This document shows positions 1 to 27,910 of a stretch of 64,000 nt of DNA, one piece after another. This stretch comes from Amoebidium appalachense (taxonomy: Eukaryota > Protista > Ichthyosporea): the NCBI GenBank assembly GCA_963693365.1, contig CAVNZM010000002.1, positions 16,091,615-16,155,614 on the forward strand, written 5' to 3'. Below the pieces are notes generated by a model. That model had not been told where the DNA came from. It searched no databases and saw only the letters and a list, made by a program, of their open reading frames with translations. The translations under genes and the position numbers were made by a program. Every line of letters starts with the position of its first letter. The stretch's first letter is position 1.

Positions 1-100
1 GGTGGTGGTGGTGGTGTTTTTTTTTTTTTTCCTTTTCTTTTGTTTTTTTTGGGGGGGGGGGTTGTCTGTGTAAAAGGGGGGGGGAGGGGGGTTTGGGTGT

Positions 101-131
<31 letters not shown>

Positions 132-135
132 GGGG

Positions 136-280
136 TTTTGAATGCGTCAAAAAGTACGAAGTACACAAGAACAAACGGATAACACGATGCAGAATGCAAG
201 CCATACATAAAGAGTATGCATAATAAGCAGAGGGGGGGGGGGGGTTTGAATGCGGAACACAGTACGAAGTACGCATAGAC
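136..280 (-). mobile_element. Two short poly(C)-associated element 3' fragments (B at 136-231; A at 245-280)
   Basis: G-run + TTTGAATGCG...GTACGAAGTAC... + G-run; reverse complements of the ends at 51998 and 50873. Confidence 0.72.
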
Positions 281-1846
281 GGGGGGGAGAATGTCAACAG
301 CATGGATTGTTGTTCAATTCACTTGTACGTAGTGTCTCAACGGCAACACACTGACATGCGCCTGGAGGGACATCCCCTCCCTGGGTTGCATGCAGTTTGT
401 CAAGCAGGCATGTGCAACGATCATGTTTCAGTCTAGCTTCTGCACGTGGTTGGACATACATACACACCCACACACATTCACACCTATACTATGTATGTAC
501 ACACACAGACGGGTAGGTGCGCACACATCTTTTTTTTTTTTAATATCGAATAATATATAGACATACGCACATGTACAAGCATGCACATACGAATACCCGC
601 ACACACACACTTTATACTAATGCATACACACATCTTTATGGCATCTAACATGATGTTTCCATACAGGGATTGGTTCTTCGTGTGCACACCCTCGTCAAGT
701 TATCCGAGTCTAAATTGGACGGCACGTGTGACTCGGACACATGCTCATAAAACTACACAATCTTTTTCATTTACTAAGTTTCTCAACTAAATGATAGCTT
801 GACACAACTTGAATGTGTATGTTATGGTGGCCCGGGAATCGTACACACGTAAACAATTTACACTTTCTCTTATCTTTTATTTGACACATGCACACATGTG
901 CATCCTTCTCAGTCATTCGTATGATCACATCATCACCCACAGCTGTGCACTAGTAATCGTGTAACACGTGCCGTGTCTTTTCATATGCACACTTGAATCC
1001 TCGGCAAATTTGCTCATATCTAATCTACCCAATAGCGGTTTGTGGTCATACGTCAACACAGTGAAGGTAACCTTTCTCTTAATTATTGCTGTAGTGGGTG
1101 GTAGTCTACAATAGCGGGAAACGGGAAGCTATGCTTATGACTTCTTTCTGAAACTTACCTTTTGGTTTCTTCTTCATTTCTTTAAAGGCGAGTGGGGAAG
1201 GGACCAGGAGAGCGGAGGAAAAGTGTAAGGGGAAGGGCGGGAAACCCGCATGTACAGTACCAATAGTATGAATGCTTAAAGATTATGTGTTGGATTTAAA
1301 ACAGTGACACGTGCGCCTGCTCAAGCAAAACGTATGAGATACAAAAGCAGTGTGTACATAGATGTAGCTTAGTGCGAAATTGGGATTGTGAATAAACGAT
1401 ACCAAAAAAAACTTGCCGCTAGTGTAAGACCAGCACCGTGCCATGTCCCCCCCCCCCCTCCCCCCAACACACACACACACACACGTGTTAAACGGCAGGG
1501 TGAAATGTGTGTGCACGTGTGTGGGCGGGCGGAAACTATGAAAAGATCGTGTATCACCCCACCCCATCCCCATACCACCGTTACCACACACGCACGTACA
1601 CGCACGCGCGCACACCGGTCCCACCACTACAAAAAAGAGAACGAAGTAAGGTTCGGAAGGGAGAAATAAAAAAAAGGACCGAAGGTTTAAACATGCATCA
1701 AAAAGCGAGAGGACAACTTAAAATCTTTGAACTGTCCGGTGCAGGTGTTGTCTTGAGTGCATTTGAGCTTTCGCACCAAAAACCACCTCAGGCAGCTAAT
1801 AACAACCACATCACTTTATGTGCAACGTGTGTGAAGAAGGCATGCG

Positions 1847-2480
<634 letters not shown>

Positions 2481-3174
2481 GATCTCCCACTACTATACAG
2501 TCACGGTGCGTGAATAACCTGAGATGTCTTTTAGCAGGAAATAGAAAACTACATGTGTGACAGAGAAAGCCAGGAGGGTAACAAGGCTGCCAACAGCAAC
2601 TAAGGTGGGCTAGTATATTTAGGACGATGAACGTGGTGTCTTTGATGGTGTCAGAGGAAGACTCAGAACTATCAACCAGGTTTCAGAGAGAAAGAGAGTA
2701 GAAAACGAGAGCCCCATCAAAAAAAATACACCTATGTAAGAAACGTAAACGCTCATTGAACACCCTTTTTTTCCTGAGTTTTCGACTGCTTTCCCCTGAA
2801 GCTCCTGACTGCCGGTCGTCAGAGGTCACCAACTTGAATTCTCTGTAATCGGGTCAAAATCGGGTCAGAACTTTTTTTGACGATTCGAAGCAAGCCTCAA
2901 GATCGTCATTTGCAGGCGGGGTTCAACCTTTCGGGTCACTGCAAAAGCGATCCGAGTCAGCGAGTTTTGTGGTTGGTCACATACCCGCAGGCCCGAAGCC
3001 TTCCTCGGACCCCAGCTCAGCTGTTAGCACTCACGCAGTGCACGACACACCGAACACACGTGAAAGTAGAGCCCATGTTCTGTTTCCTGTAGGGTTGCCC
3101 TAGTAAAGTTTTCATGGTTTCCCAAGGGTATTCGCCCAGAGCGAGAAGCAAACGAGTGCTGTTTGCGACGGTGC

Positions 3175-18261
<15,087 letters not shown>

Positions 18262-18775
18262 GGGTCGTTGGTGGATATTCAAAAGATTCTACCCGTGTTG
18301 GTTTGTGGGGGTTTTTTCGGTAGTGTGTGCAGGTGAAAAAATATACGCAAATTCAGTGGAGGAGTAATGTTCTAGCCCTGATGGTTGTTGATTGATTTGG
18401 TGGCCATCTGTGAAACCCCTGCCTGGTTGATTATTTATCATTGTGTGTGTAGTTGTGATTTTTTCGCACACATGTAGTGAAGGTTTTTTTTGTTTTTGCT
18501 TATGTCCACACACTTACCAGTATGTGTGGGATGCATGAAAGACGGGTGTGAATGTCTGTATGGTTTGTGTTTTCTTTCGTATGTCATGTTTGAATGGTTT
18601 TGCCATAATTGAGGGTTGTGGCTGGGGCGGGGCTGTAAGCAAAACGTTGATTGTAGGCTGCATCGTAGGTGACGGGATTAGCAGGAAGGAAGAACACACG
18701 GATGTGCTAAGCGTAAAAAGGAAATCGAAAAAAAAGATGAATAGGCGTGTGGGTGGGTGGGTGTGGAAAGGAGAA

Positions 18776-18817
<42 letters not shown>

Positions 18818-19247
18818 GCGCAAAGGGCATACCGGCTTATGCTATCACTTCTCTAATTGGTTTACACGGTCTATATTTTTTCTCTAATTGCTGTACAATA
18901 TTAAAGTTCAACGGTAAATATGGTCCATTTCCCTCTTTTGGCGGGGGTCTGTGTATTTGGGGCGATATGTGAATATGTTTCCCTCGTGCCCACGAGGGTA
19001 TTTCCGCCCAGCTGCTATTGCGTGCAGGTCACGTGATTGCTGTATGCCTTATGATTGGCTGATAAATATAGTACTGTGCATAAGCAAGCTCACTTGCGCT
19101 GCCGTGTGATATCACTGGAGCATGATTGATACCGTAATCGTCCCATATATATGATGCTGGGCCAGTGTGCCAGCCTGTACACATGCCAAGTGTGCGTGCG
19201 AGATTTGGGGTACAGGCAGCTGCAGCTGTGTGTGTGCGACTGTGCGC

Positions 19248-19282
<35 letters not shown>

Positions 19283-20308
19283 GCGCGCGCCTGTGAGGTT
19301 GGTGGGGAAATCAGATCCCGGGTGTGCCACGCCATTATACATCTACTACTATATTCGATGCATAAGGCAGCCGAGTGTATATACGTACTTGTACACGTAC
19401 ATGCATGTGCAAGTGCATTTCAAGTTGGCCAGTTGGTGTTGCAATTGTTGTTGAATTCATGCCCTGATCAGCTCTGCATATCGTACACAGGGAATCTATA
19501 TTACTGTCACAGTGGACAACGGTATGTCTTCAGCAGTACTAGTTAACGTTGGTTGCTGAAACGTTCGTATACTATACTGGTTGTTTCTATGCGTGTGGGT
19601 ACAAAGATTCCCTGTAAAAACCATATGCATGAATTTCAAGTATTTTTGCTAACCCTAAAGCCCTATTACCAACGTCTGGACCTTTTATGCTGAATTCCGG
19701 AATTTGACCGGGCTAGTGCCAACTTTGAAGACACTAAAATGCCATGAAATGAATACTATTAGGGCTAATGTTTTGATAAACATTGTTATATACATGCATA
19801 AGAACATAATGGAGCAAAAAAATTGCTTCTACTCAGAAAAAATTTGTAGAAACTATTGTCTCAAAAGGCCCCCGCAACGTACGTACGTGTCGGGGTTTGG
19901 AATTATTACACAAGACAATACGATCTGCGTCAAGTTTAATGCAGACGTTGCAAAAAAAGATGCGACAACACCACATTTCCAGTACTAATTCACAGCCCTC
20001 TGAAAAAAAGGGGGCCGTGACTAAATACATGGCTAATTACAACCATGTATGAATGCAAAGCACATGTTAATGAGTAAAACCGGTTAACATTTTTTAACAA
20101 ATTTAACTATGACTGGCGGATTAAACAGGTTGTCTCTGTGTTTTAAATGCTCGATTGTTTATCTGTTTTGTTGACCAATGGCAAAAGAGATAAGCCACTA
20201 TGGATACATCACCGAATGTTCCTAAAATCTGTTAATGAAAGCCAATGAAAACCACAACACGTGCCACGCGGCCAACGCCCCAACCACACCATACCCCCCG
20301 CGCAAGTG

Positions 20309-20698
20309 CGACATCGAAATGTGATGGGAATGTGAATTTGAACACGGATGAAAGTCGGATGGGGGACGGATGGTCACAGCTTTCGTTGACAAGAAATATG
20401 CTTTGGACAAGGAAAAGACTCAGGACGCCAGGTCCCGGAAGGAAGCCCCATTTAAATCGTGATGTTTATTGATCTGGTGGCTGGGGTGACTCTACCATTC
20501 GACATCGAAATGTGATGGGAATATGAATTTGAACACGGATGAAAGTCGGATGGGACGACGGATGGTCACAGCTTTCGTTGACAAGAAATATGTTTTGGAC
20601 AAGGAAAAGACTCAGGACGCCAGGTCCCGGAAGCCCCATTTACATCGTGATGTTTATTGATCTGGGGGGCTTCGGACAATCCGTGTCTGGGGTGACTC
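20309..20698. repeat. Tandem duplication with ~191-bp period
   Basis: CGACATCGAAATGTGATGGGAAT... starts at 20309 and again at 20500. Confidence 0.9.
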
Positions 20699-20942
20699 AA
20701 TGTATTATCTACGTCACACAAGGGAAAGAAACGGTTTTTCCCTGGCCCTTCAAGTTCACCTTGGTTACGGTACTTGGTTTTCTTATGTCTCTTAAAAATT
20801 GCACTCTCCCTACCGCCTATCAGGCTGGGACATTAAACAATAAAGAGAATGGAAACGATCTTTTGACTGCACCCTTCACCTTTATACATGCTGTATTGTG
20901 GCATTGCTGTTCTTCTGTTTTTTGGAAATTGCACAAAGAGGA

Positions 20943-21016
20943 GCCGCTGTGGCCGAGCGGGTAAGCTCCTCGCCTCCGACGCGGGAGGCACCTGGTTCGA
21001 ATCCCGGGATGTAGCG
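20943..21016 (+). ncRNA. tRNA-derived Pol III module (tRNA-Arg(CCG)-like pseudogene or SINE head)
   Basis: A box TGGCCGAGCGG, B box GGTTCGAATCC, anticodon arm CTCGC-CTCCGAC-GCGGG. The acceptor stem does not pair properly, so it is not a functional tRNA. Confidence 0.65.
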
Positions 21017-21112
21017 CATTGGGGATCGGATGCCCTGATGGGACTCGCCTGGGTGCAGAACTATGGCAATGGCCCTCTAAGCTAACTCCAACCGGGGTAG
21101 TCAAGGATCGGT

Positions 21113-22544
21113 GTCATGTGCTGAGCTGAATCGTTACGGCATTAGTTTGCTTCTATATTTTGTGTTTTGGTGAGTGAATTTCGGGGGTGTAGCTTGTCGT
21201 GACAGGTACCGGGACCGTGAGAGGGATGAGGGCAGAGGCCGAGGGGACCGGCGGCGGTCACCCTCCCCACGGCGCTTCGCCTACCAGCCCTACCAGCCAC
21301 GGCCACTGTTAACGGGATGATGGGCCAGGCTAGCGTCGTCGGGCGGGACAGCAAGAGCCGGCGCCAGACTCTTTTCCAGGCACCTGCGACAACTGCAAGG
21401 AGCGGGGGCACACATACGCGTGGTGTAAACAGGCCCGTCGTGGGGGACGTCGGTGACTGTGGTGCAGGTATGAAGGTTTTATTAGGGGGTAGGTCGTCTC
21501 TTGCAATGGGTTGTTGTTGTTGTATGGGAGTTGTCTGGTGTTATTTTTCGGCAAGTTTTCTACTGGTGCCTGGCGTTTTCGACGTGTGTATGAGTCCTGT
21601 GTTCAACTTGGCGACGTGTGTGGTTAGGGTCAGTGGAATTATTATAGAAAGTCCTGGCAAGCTGCTGTCTGGGAGCTCGGCCCTCTGACGAGGGGGCTGG
21701 GGGGGGGGGTCGAGGTGTAGTCATGGCAGTGGCACTGCCAGGCCCTCTGGGACTGTTGTGAACCCCCGTCGTCGAAGGGCCTGGTGCTGAGGCCCCTTGG
21801 AGTGGCTGCCCTGGGCCTACCAGTGGTGTTGAGGCCCTTTGGAGTGGCTGCCCGTAGTGTTGTTGAGTAGTGTTGTGGTGCCCAGTGCAGCAGTATGCCT
21901 TAGACACACCGCAGCCTGAGCCTGGGTACTAAGGGCACGGTTGGGGCGGAGGCATTTCCCAAACCACCGGGACCTACGTAGTAGGAGTCTTTGTCGGGTA
22001 GAGGAATGGCCAGCAAGAGAGTCTGGAGGAGTAGGTCACATGAGTCTGGAGGTGTTCGTCACGGCATGTTTGGTTTTGCTAGGAATTCTTTGTGGATGGA
22101 GCATGCCGAGTGTAGTTGTATGTGTTGTATGGATGGCGTCTGGTATCATGTCTGTTGCTAATAGGTTCCACTCGATATAACATTGTGCCAGGGGCATGGG
22201 GTTTTGGGTGCAGGTTGTGGACGGGGGCAGAGGTGCATTTACAGGCAACGTCAGTGGCGGTTCATATCCTTGTTTTGGGGTTGGGTTGGGTACTAACCAT
22301 GGTGGGGTGGTGCATGGATGCATGTATAATATTATGTTTTATGTTATATGTTAAGTGTTGCTTCCTGCATGGGTACTAGCGGTAGTTGTAGTCGCTCAGC
22401 ACAAAGCTTTATTTTGTTTTTAGGTAGTTTTTACTGAGGTGGAACTCAGTTATTTTCTGTGCGAGGGGGGAGTTGTCATGTGCTGAGCTGAATCGTATTA
22501 CTTTTGCTTCTATATTTTGTGTTTTGGTGAGTGAATTTCGGGGG
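21113..22544. repeat. ~70-bp direct repeats (21113-21186 and 22475-22544) flanking a 1.3-kb segment
   Basis: GTCATGTGCTGAGCTGAATCGT...TTGCTTCTATATTTTGTGTTTTGGTGAGTGAATTTCGGGG occurs twice. Confidence 0.85.
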
Positions 22545-25019
22545 TTTTCTTGCATAGTGATTCCGGGGTCTAGGTGGAGTATGGGGACATCATTCAGTGG
22601 TATGGGGAGAATCTGATGCAGCGGCGGCTGATTGTTTGGTGCGCGCGTGCACTATGGCATGCTCCATGCCTCTGCGTACTCTTCGACATGTTATATGTTG
22701 TATTGCTTCTTGCTGTGTGCTTGGCGAGACCCATGACCCGACGCCACCTTTCTCGCATACTTCGATCCTACAGCTCCCTACAACACCACACTTAACCGTG
22801 CTGACGCAGAGGCCGCTGCCCGGGCCTCTTGGCAACGCGGGGTGCTTTCAAGAATGGCCAACGCCCACGCAATAATTGCGGGCTGTCAAGGCAGCCACAC
22901 TTTACCCGGCACACGACAGCCGGGTCAAAACAGCAGCTGAGGTGCGTGCCTACTGGGAGGCTCAGCACGTGCAGGTCTTCAGCAAGCCCTACGACCCCAC
23001 CGCCGCACCAGCCAACTCCCAGTAAGCATGCTCTCCTTTCTTTTCTGGAATGCTCGTAGTCTAAATAAGGGTAAAGCACAGTCTTCTTTCGTTATCCCAA
23101 CAGGAGTTCCCGTTTATTGTTGTCGCAGAAACGTGCCAGTGGTGGCGAGACCACGCCACACTTCGTCGGTCTGGACGGCTCGTGGGCGAGTCTACTCAGC
23201 CTGTGGGCCACAAGCCTCACTCTGGCATAGTGTTCATCGCCGCCTCCCACTTTGTTAACCACTGTTCAGTTATAGCACGTACAATACACACACTCACCAT
23301 CTCAGTTTGTGGCGATATATGCACTTTTGTTTATTTTACACCTAGCCTTCCACTGCTAGCACTTACACACGAACGTAACACCAATGCCCCACATAACCCC
23401 ACAGTAGTGTTAGGAGACTTTAGTAGCCCGCTAGTTACCACACCACACCCCACTGGACATAGTACACGGCCACCCACAGGCCCTACTTAAACCCAACAAC
23501 CCACGCACGCCAACCTTTCACACTTTTGTTACAGCCTTACACCTTACTCTTCCATCTGTAGTACAAGAACACCGCACGGACTGGGGGGCAGCCTCTGGTC
23601 CTTGCACCTTACACGTACACCACAACCTACACCCACCACCGTCAGACCACCTACCTATAGTCTTTCGCACTACACTTAGCCTTTCTACGCCGTCACCACA
23701 ACACATTTACAGACTTAGTAACGTACGCGAACTTAAAAGCCAGCGCGGCCAAGCAGACACTCGCTTCTTTTTCCAGACGGTGCAACCGAGTCTATTATCG
23801 CTTGTGCGTGATGGACGCCAAACCCCGCTACGCACCAACCAGACCTTCATCGATAGCGTCTGGTCTACAGTACGAGAAACCTTGTGGGACATAGGTGAAT
23901 ATGCCTGTTTAGGTGCCCAAGTTTACCCACAAGCACGAACTACACACACTCGCGGCCCTAGGCCTCGAGCGGAGGCTGCCTTACGTAAGCCTCTACCGTA
24001 TCACATGTTATTGGGTAATATTCGGAAGATTGATCGCGGCGATCATTCGATTCGAATGACGGCCGACCCGTCATCCGACCCGGAAACTGCAACCGATTCC
24101 TTTTACGGCACCCTGTTTAACCGTAACCCGACATGTACGGCCACGGACCTGGGGCAGGCGCCCCCTCCTGTTTTTGTTCCACCCTCCGACACACAACCAC
24201 CACCCCCACACACGGCATGGCCAGCGGGGCCGGCTGAGTTTGGGGCTGAACTGGGGGAACTTTTTACCCCAGATGCGGTATGGCAGTTAGTATCCCGTTA
24301 CCCGTCCCGCAAAGCGTGCGGGCCGGACGGCATCCCTATGGCACTACTTAAGGTACTCATCCCACCCCGACCCGAGAAAGACGAAAAGCGTGGCCCGCCG
24401 CGACAGATCTTACATGTATTCTTAGCGAATTGTTTAGCTGGTATTCTGATGTTGGTAAAGTGCCCTCGGAGTGGCTAGCCACCATAGTGTTTCCCATCAA
24501 GAAAACGGTTGCACGGGGTCCCATTCACGAATTTCGCCCTATCACCCTTACGTCCGTTTTTCGCCGATTATTCGAAAGTGGCCTTTTACAGGCCTTTTCC
24601 CGTAACCCCACCCTTAAGCAGGCTTCCCAGCTGAGCCCTCTTCAGGCGGCGTTTCGGCATCGACACTCATGTTACGCACAAATCCTCACTCTACATAATG
24701 CAACTCAAAGTGATACCGAGCACCTCGTATTTATCGATTTTAAGAACGCGTACGACACGGTCGACCTCCCTCGCCTGTGGGCCAAGTTGGCCATTCGCGG
24801 TGTCCCATTCCAAATGGGTCGGCTACTGGAAGCTATGTTTACGTTTACACGCGGACGAGCGGTGGTTAATGGGCGGCTATCCCCAGGGTTTACCCGCACG
24901 CGCGGGGTACTTCAAGGGTCCCTGCTAAGCCCTCTTCTTTTCAACCTGTATATTGATGATTTAGCCGACGCTCTTTCTGCGGCACAAATTGACGGGGGGT
25001 TGCCATCCCAGGCTCCCCC

Positions 25020-26468
25020 TGTTGGAAGTAGAGTCCGCTGTGACTAGGGTCGTCGTGGCGCGCTTGGGCGCTGACCCGTTTTTTACTGCTTTCAGTGTGT
25101 TAACTCCATGACTGAACTCCATGACTTTACTCCATGTCTTTACTCCATGACTGAACTCCATGACTGAACTCCATGTCTGAACTCCATGACTGAACTCCAT
25201 GACTGAACTCCATGACTGAACTCCATGACTGAACTCCATGACTTAACTCCATGACTTAACTCCATGACTGAACTCCATGACTGAACTCCATGTCTTTACT
25301 CCATGACTGAACTCCATGTCTGCACCTGGCAGAGACGTGGCTTATATACCCGTGGGGCAGCAGTCTGGAATGTAATCCGGATGCCAGGCGCTAATCGGAT
25401 TGGTTACTTTCATTTAGATATCTCTGGGACCAGTGAACCAATCGTTTGCAGTCAAAACACAATTGGCAACATTCCTCAACTATGCAGATGTGCATGTGGT
25501 GATCGAGTGTCAGCATGTGTCTATGTACACGGAACCAATTGTAAAGCTAACATACACATATAGTGGAGTGAGCGTAAGTCTGCACTCCAACACCCCTACC
25601 CAATTGGAGAAGTGTACACACCACTAGAGAAGAGAGAGTGAGTGTGGCTGCTTGCAGGGTAGACCGGGGTGTGCATTCCACTGTGGTGCGTGCCCCGCCA
25701 ATGAAGTGGAATACTTGACGTTGATGTCGCAGGCTGCTGCGGATGGAGTTTGTGGAAGCGAAAGTCTCTACTTCACGGAAATACGCTCGCGGGTGTAGGG
25801 TACAGCCTAGAAGTCGGTTTCTGGGCTCCTCCGTTCAAGGCGTCGTAGGGGACGTGAAGTTAGAGGCCGCGGTGTCGTGTCTGGGCCCATAACCCTGTTG
25901 GAAGTAGAGTCCGCTGTGACTAGGGTCGTCGTGGCGCGCTTGGGCGCTGACCCGTTTTTTACTGCTTTCAGTGTGTTAACTCCATGACTGAACTCCATGA
26001 CTTTACTCCATGTCTTTACTCCATGACTGAACTCCATGACTGAACTCCATGTCTGAACTCCATGACTGAACTCCATGACTGAACTCCATGACTGAACTCC
26101 ATGACTGAACTCCATGACTTAACTCCATGACTTAACTCCATGACTGAACTCCATGACTGAACTCCATGTCTTTACTCCATGACTGAACTCCATGTCTGCA
26201 CCTGGCAGAGACGTGGCTTATATACCCGTGGGGCAGCAGTCTGGAATGTAATCCGGATGCCAGGCGCTAATCGGATTGGTTACTTTCATTTAGATATCTC
26301 TGGGACCAGTGAACCAATCGTTTGCAGTCAAAACACAATTGGCAACATTCCTCAACTATGCAGATGTGCATGTGGTGATCGAGTGTCAGCATGTGTCTAT
26401 GTACACGGAACCAATTGTAAAGCTAACATACACATATAGTGGAGTGAGCGTAAGTCTGCACTCCAACA
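25020..26468 (-). mobile_element. Non-autonomous copia-type LTR element (TRIM-like): two 573-bp LTRs and a 303-bp non-coding interior
   Basis: LTRs 25020-25592 and 25896-26468 (TGTTGGA...TCCAACA) look identical. 5-bp TSD CCCCC at 25015-19 and 26469-73; removing the element restores the RT frame A-P-P-A-L-F-F-A-D. PBS at 25881-25895, PPT GGGTAGGGG beside the minus-strand 3' LTR, TATATAA in the LTR on the minus strand. Confidence 0.93.
25098..25318. repeat. 17 x 13-bp tandem array (ACTGAACTCCATG and variants) inside the LTR; second copy at 25974-26194
   Basis: Visible directly; same variant order in both LTRs. Confidence 0.92.
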
Positions 26469-27910
26469 CCCCCCGCCCTCTTTTTTGCCGACAATATTGT
26501 GCTTATGTCATCCGATCCTATCGAACTACGGCAATACATTCGTGTGGTTGAACATTGGTGCCAGCGCAACGATTATGAAGGTTAATGTCAAAAAGTGTGC
26601 CCTTTTATCAAAATCGATACCGGCATGGGACGACGTTTGTATTTTCGGCAGTCCCCTCCCTCGCCCAATCGAATACAAGTATTTGGGGATTCCGGTGGAC
26701 GAATGGGGCATATGTTTCAAAGTTTAACGGATGATCGACCGTCGGGTGGGAGTGCAGGCAGGTGTCTTCGGTTATTTAGGGATGTGTATCTTTCTACAGT
26801 AACTCTTTCTCATACTGTCCACCTATACAATCGTCTTAGTATATTTCGCACATATATTCGCCCTTTGTCTGAATACGGGTTGCCCTTACTAGCTATGGCA
26901 CCCCCTGATACTGTTACTAATGTCCTCTTGAAATCATTAGATGATTTCCACTACACAACAGTTACTTGTTGTACGTTTCTCACTGGTCTTTCCACACCTA
27001 TCCCTAGACGCCTTTTTGATTCTCTCTACGCACTCACACCACCATCACAACGCGTACACGAATTAGTCCTTAAATTTCACGAGCACATCACCCGCCTGTC
27101 CGCTTGTGCCCCGGACCACCCGCTCTTCCGGCTACACGCATCCCCGCCGGACTCGCCCCTCTACCTCTTCCCTTCCCCATCGTCTCTGCCCATTGCCGAG
27201 CATTATGTGGAATGGCTGGCGACCCCACCGGAGGTACGGCTAGATCATAGTGTGAATATGAATAGTTTCAAGTCTATGACTGATAGATATCTTTTTACTC
27301 TACGTGTTGAGTCCCTTCTGGTGTTAGGACCGCAAAAACACCAACTACTAGTAGCCTATATCATGGCGGATACGGTTAGAGAGTCTCGTTCATACATAGA
27401 TTCGTTTATTCGTAATGTGGTGTGGTGTAAAAACGCAAAGATGATTATGGCTTGGCGGTGTAATCGGTTTCTGGTGTCTCCTGCTCGTATGTGTAATATG
27501 TGTGGGGGGCGGTTTACTCGCGGCTGCATATAGGATCCTATATCTATCAATAAGTGCAACCTGTTAGCTAACATATTAGAACCGGAGGTTATTGGCGGTT
27601 TTATTCTCGTTTCTTCCTCTCTTCCTCAATATATCCGTTTTAAGATGACTATCCTAGATCACCTTATTAATGCTGCACAGTATGATATTGTGATCCGGTG
27701 CCTTAACTTTCTTTCGGAGCTACCGATGCTAGCCTCTGCTTAGTCCATAATATGTAATAGGGGTGTCAGATACTACGATGGCGCTCATTGTTGCCTAGCA
27801 TGTACATATGTCACTGGCTGCATTTGATTGGCTGTGCTGGAAAGCGCAGTAGGCCGTCGAATGTGGCTGGGCCTCCGGCAGTGTCCACGCAATAAAAAGT
27901 GTATAAACCC

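Larger units (their letters stand above)
23028..27889 (+). mobile_element. Non-LTR retrotransposon (APE endonuclease + RT ORF2), frameshifted and interrupted by a TRIM; 5' limit uncertain (~22475 or further upstream)
   Basis: APE motifs FWNARSL, VAET, VLGDFS, SDHLPI. RT motifs KACGPDGIP, FRPITLTS, QAAFR, FIDFKNAYDTV, GVLQGSLLSPLLFNLYIDDL, LFFADN (resumes after the insert), VNVKKC, YKYLG. C-terminal CxxC. The 3' end is ...GTGTCCACG. Confidence 0.9.

Noticed and set aside
19570-20250. Tc1/mariner-like end (TATACTGGTTGTTTC)
   Set aside because: No matching inverted terminus or transposase found in the window.
20943-21016. Functional tRNA-Arg gene
   Set aside because: Broken acceptor stem, a T-stem mismatch and no nearby oligo(T) terminator.
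24961-26115. Repetitive ORFs MEFSHGVQSWSSV, or a CRISPR-like array
   Set aside because: A by-product of the 13-bp tandem repeat in the LTR; there are no unique spacers and no cas genes.
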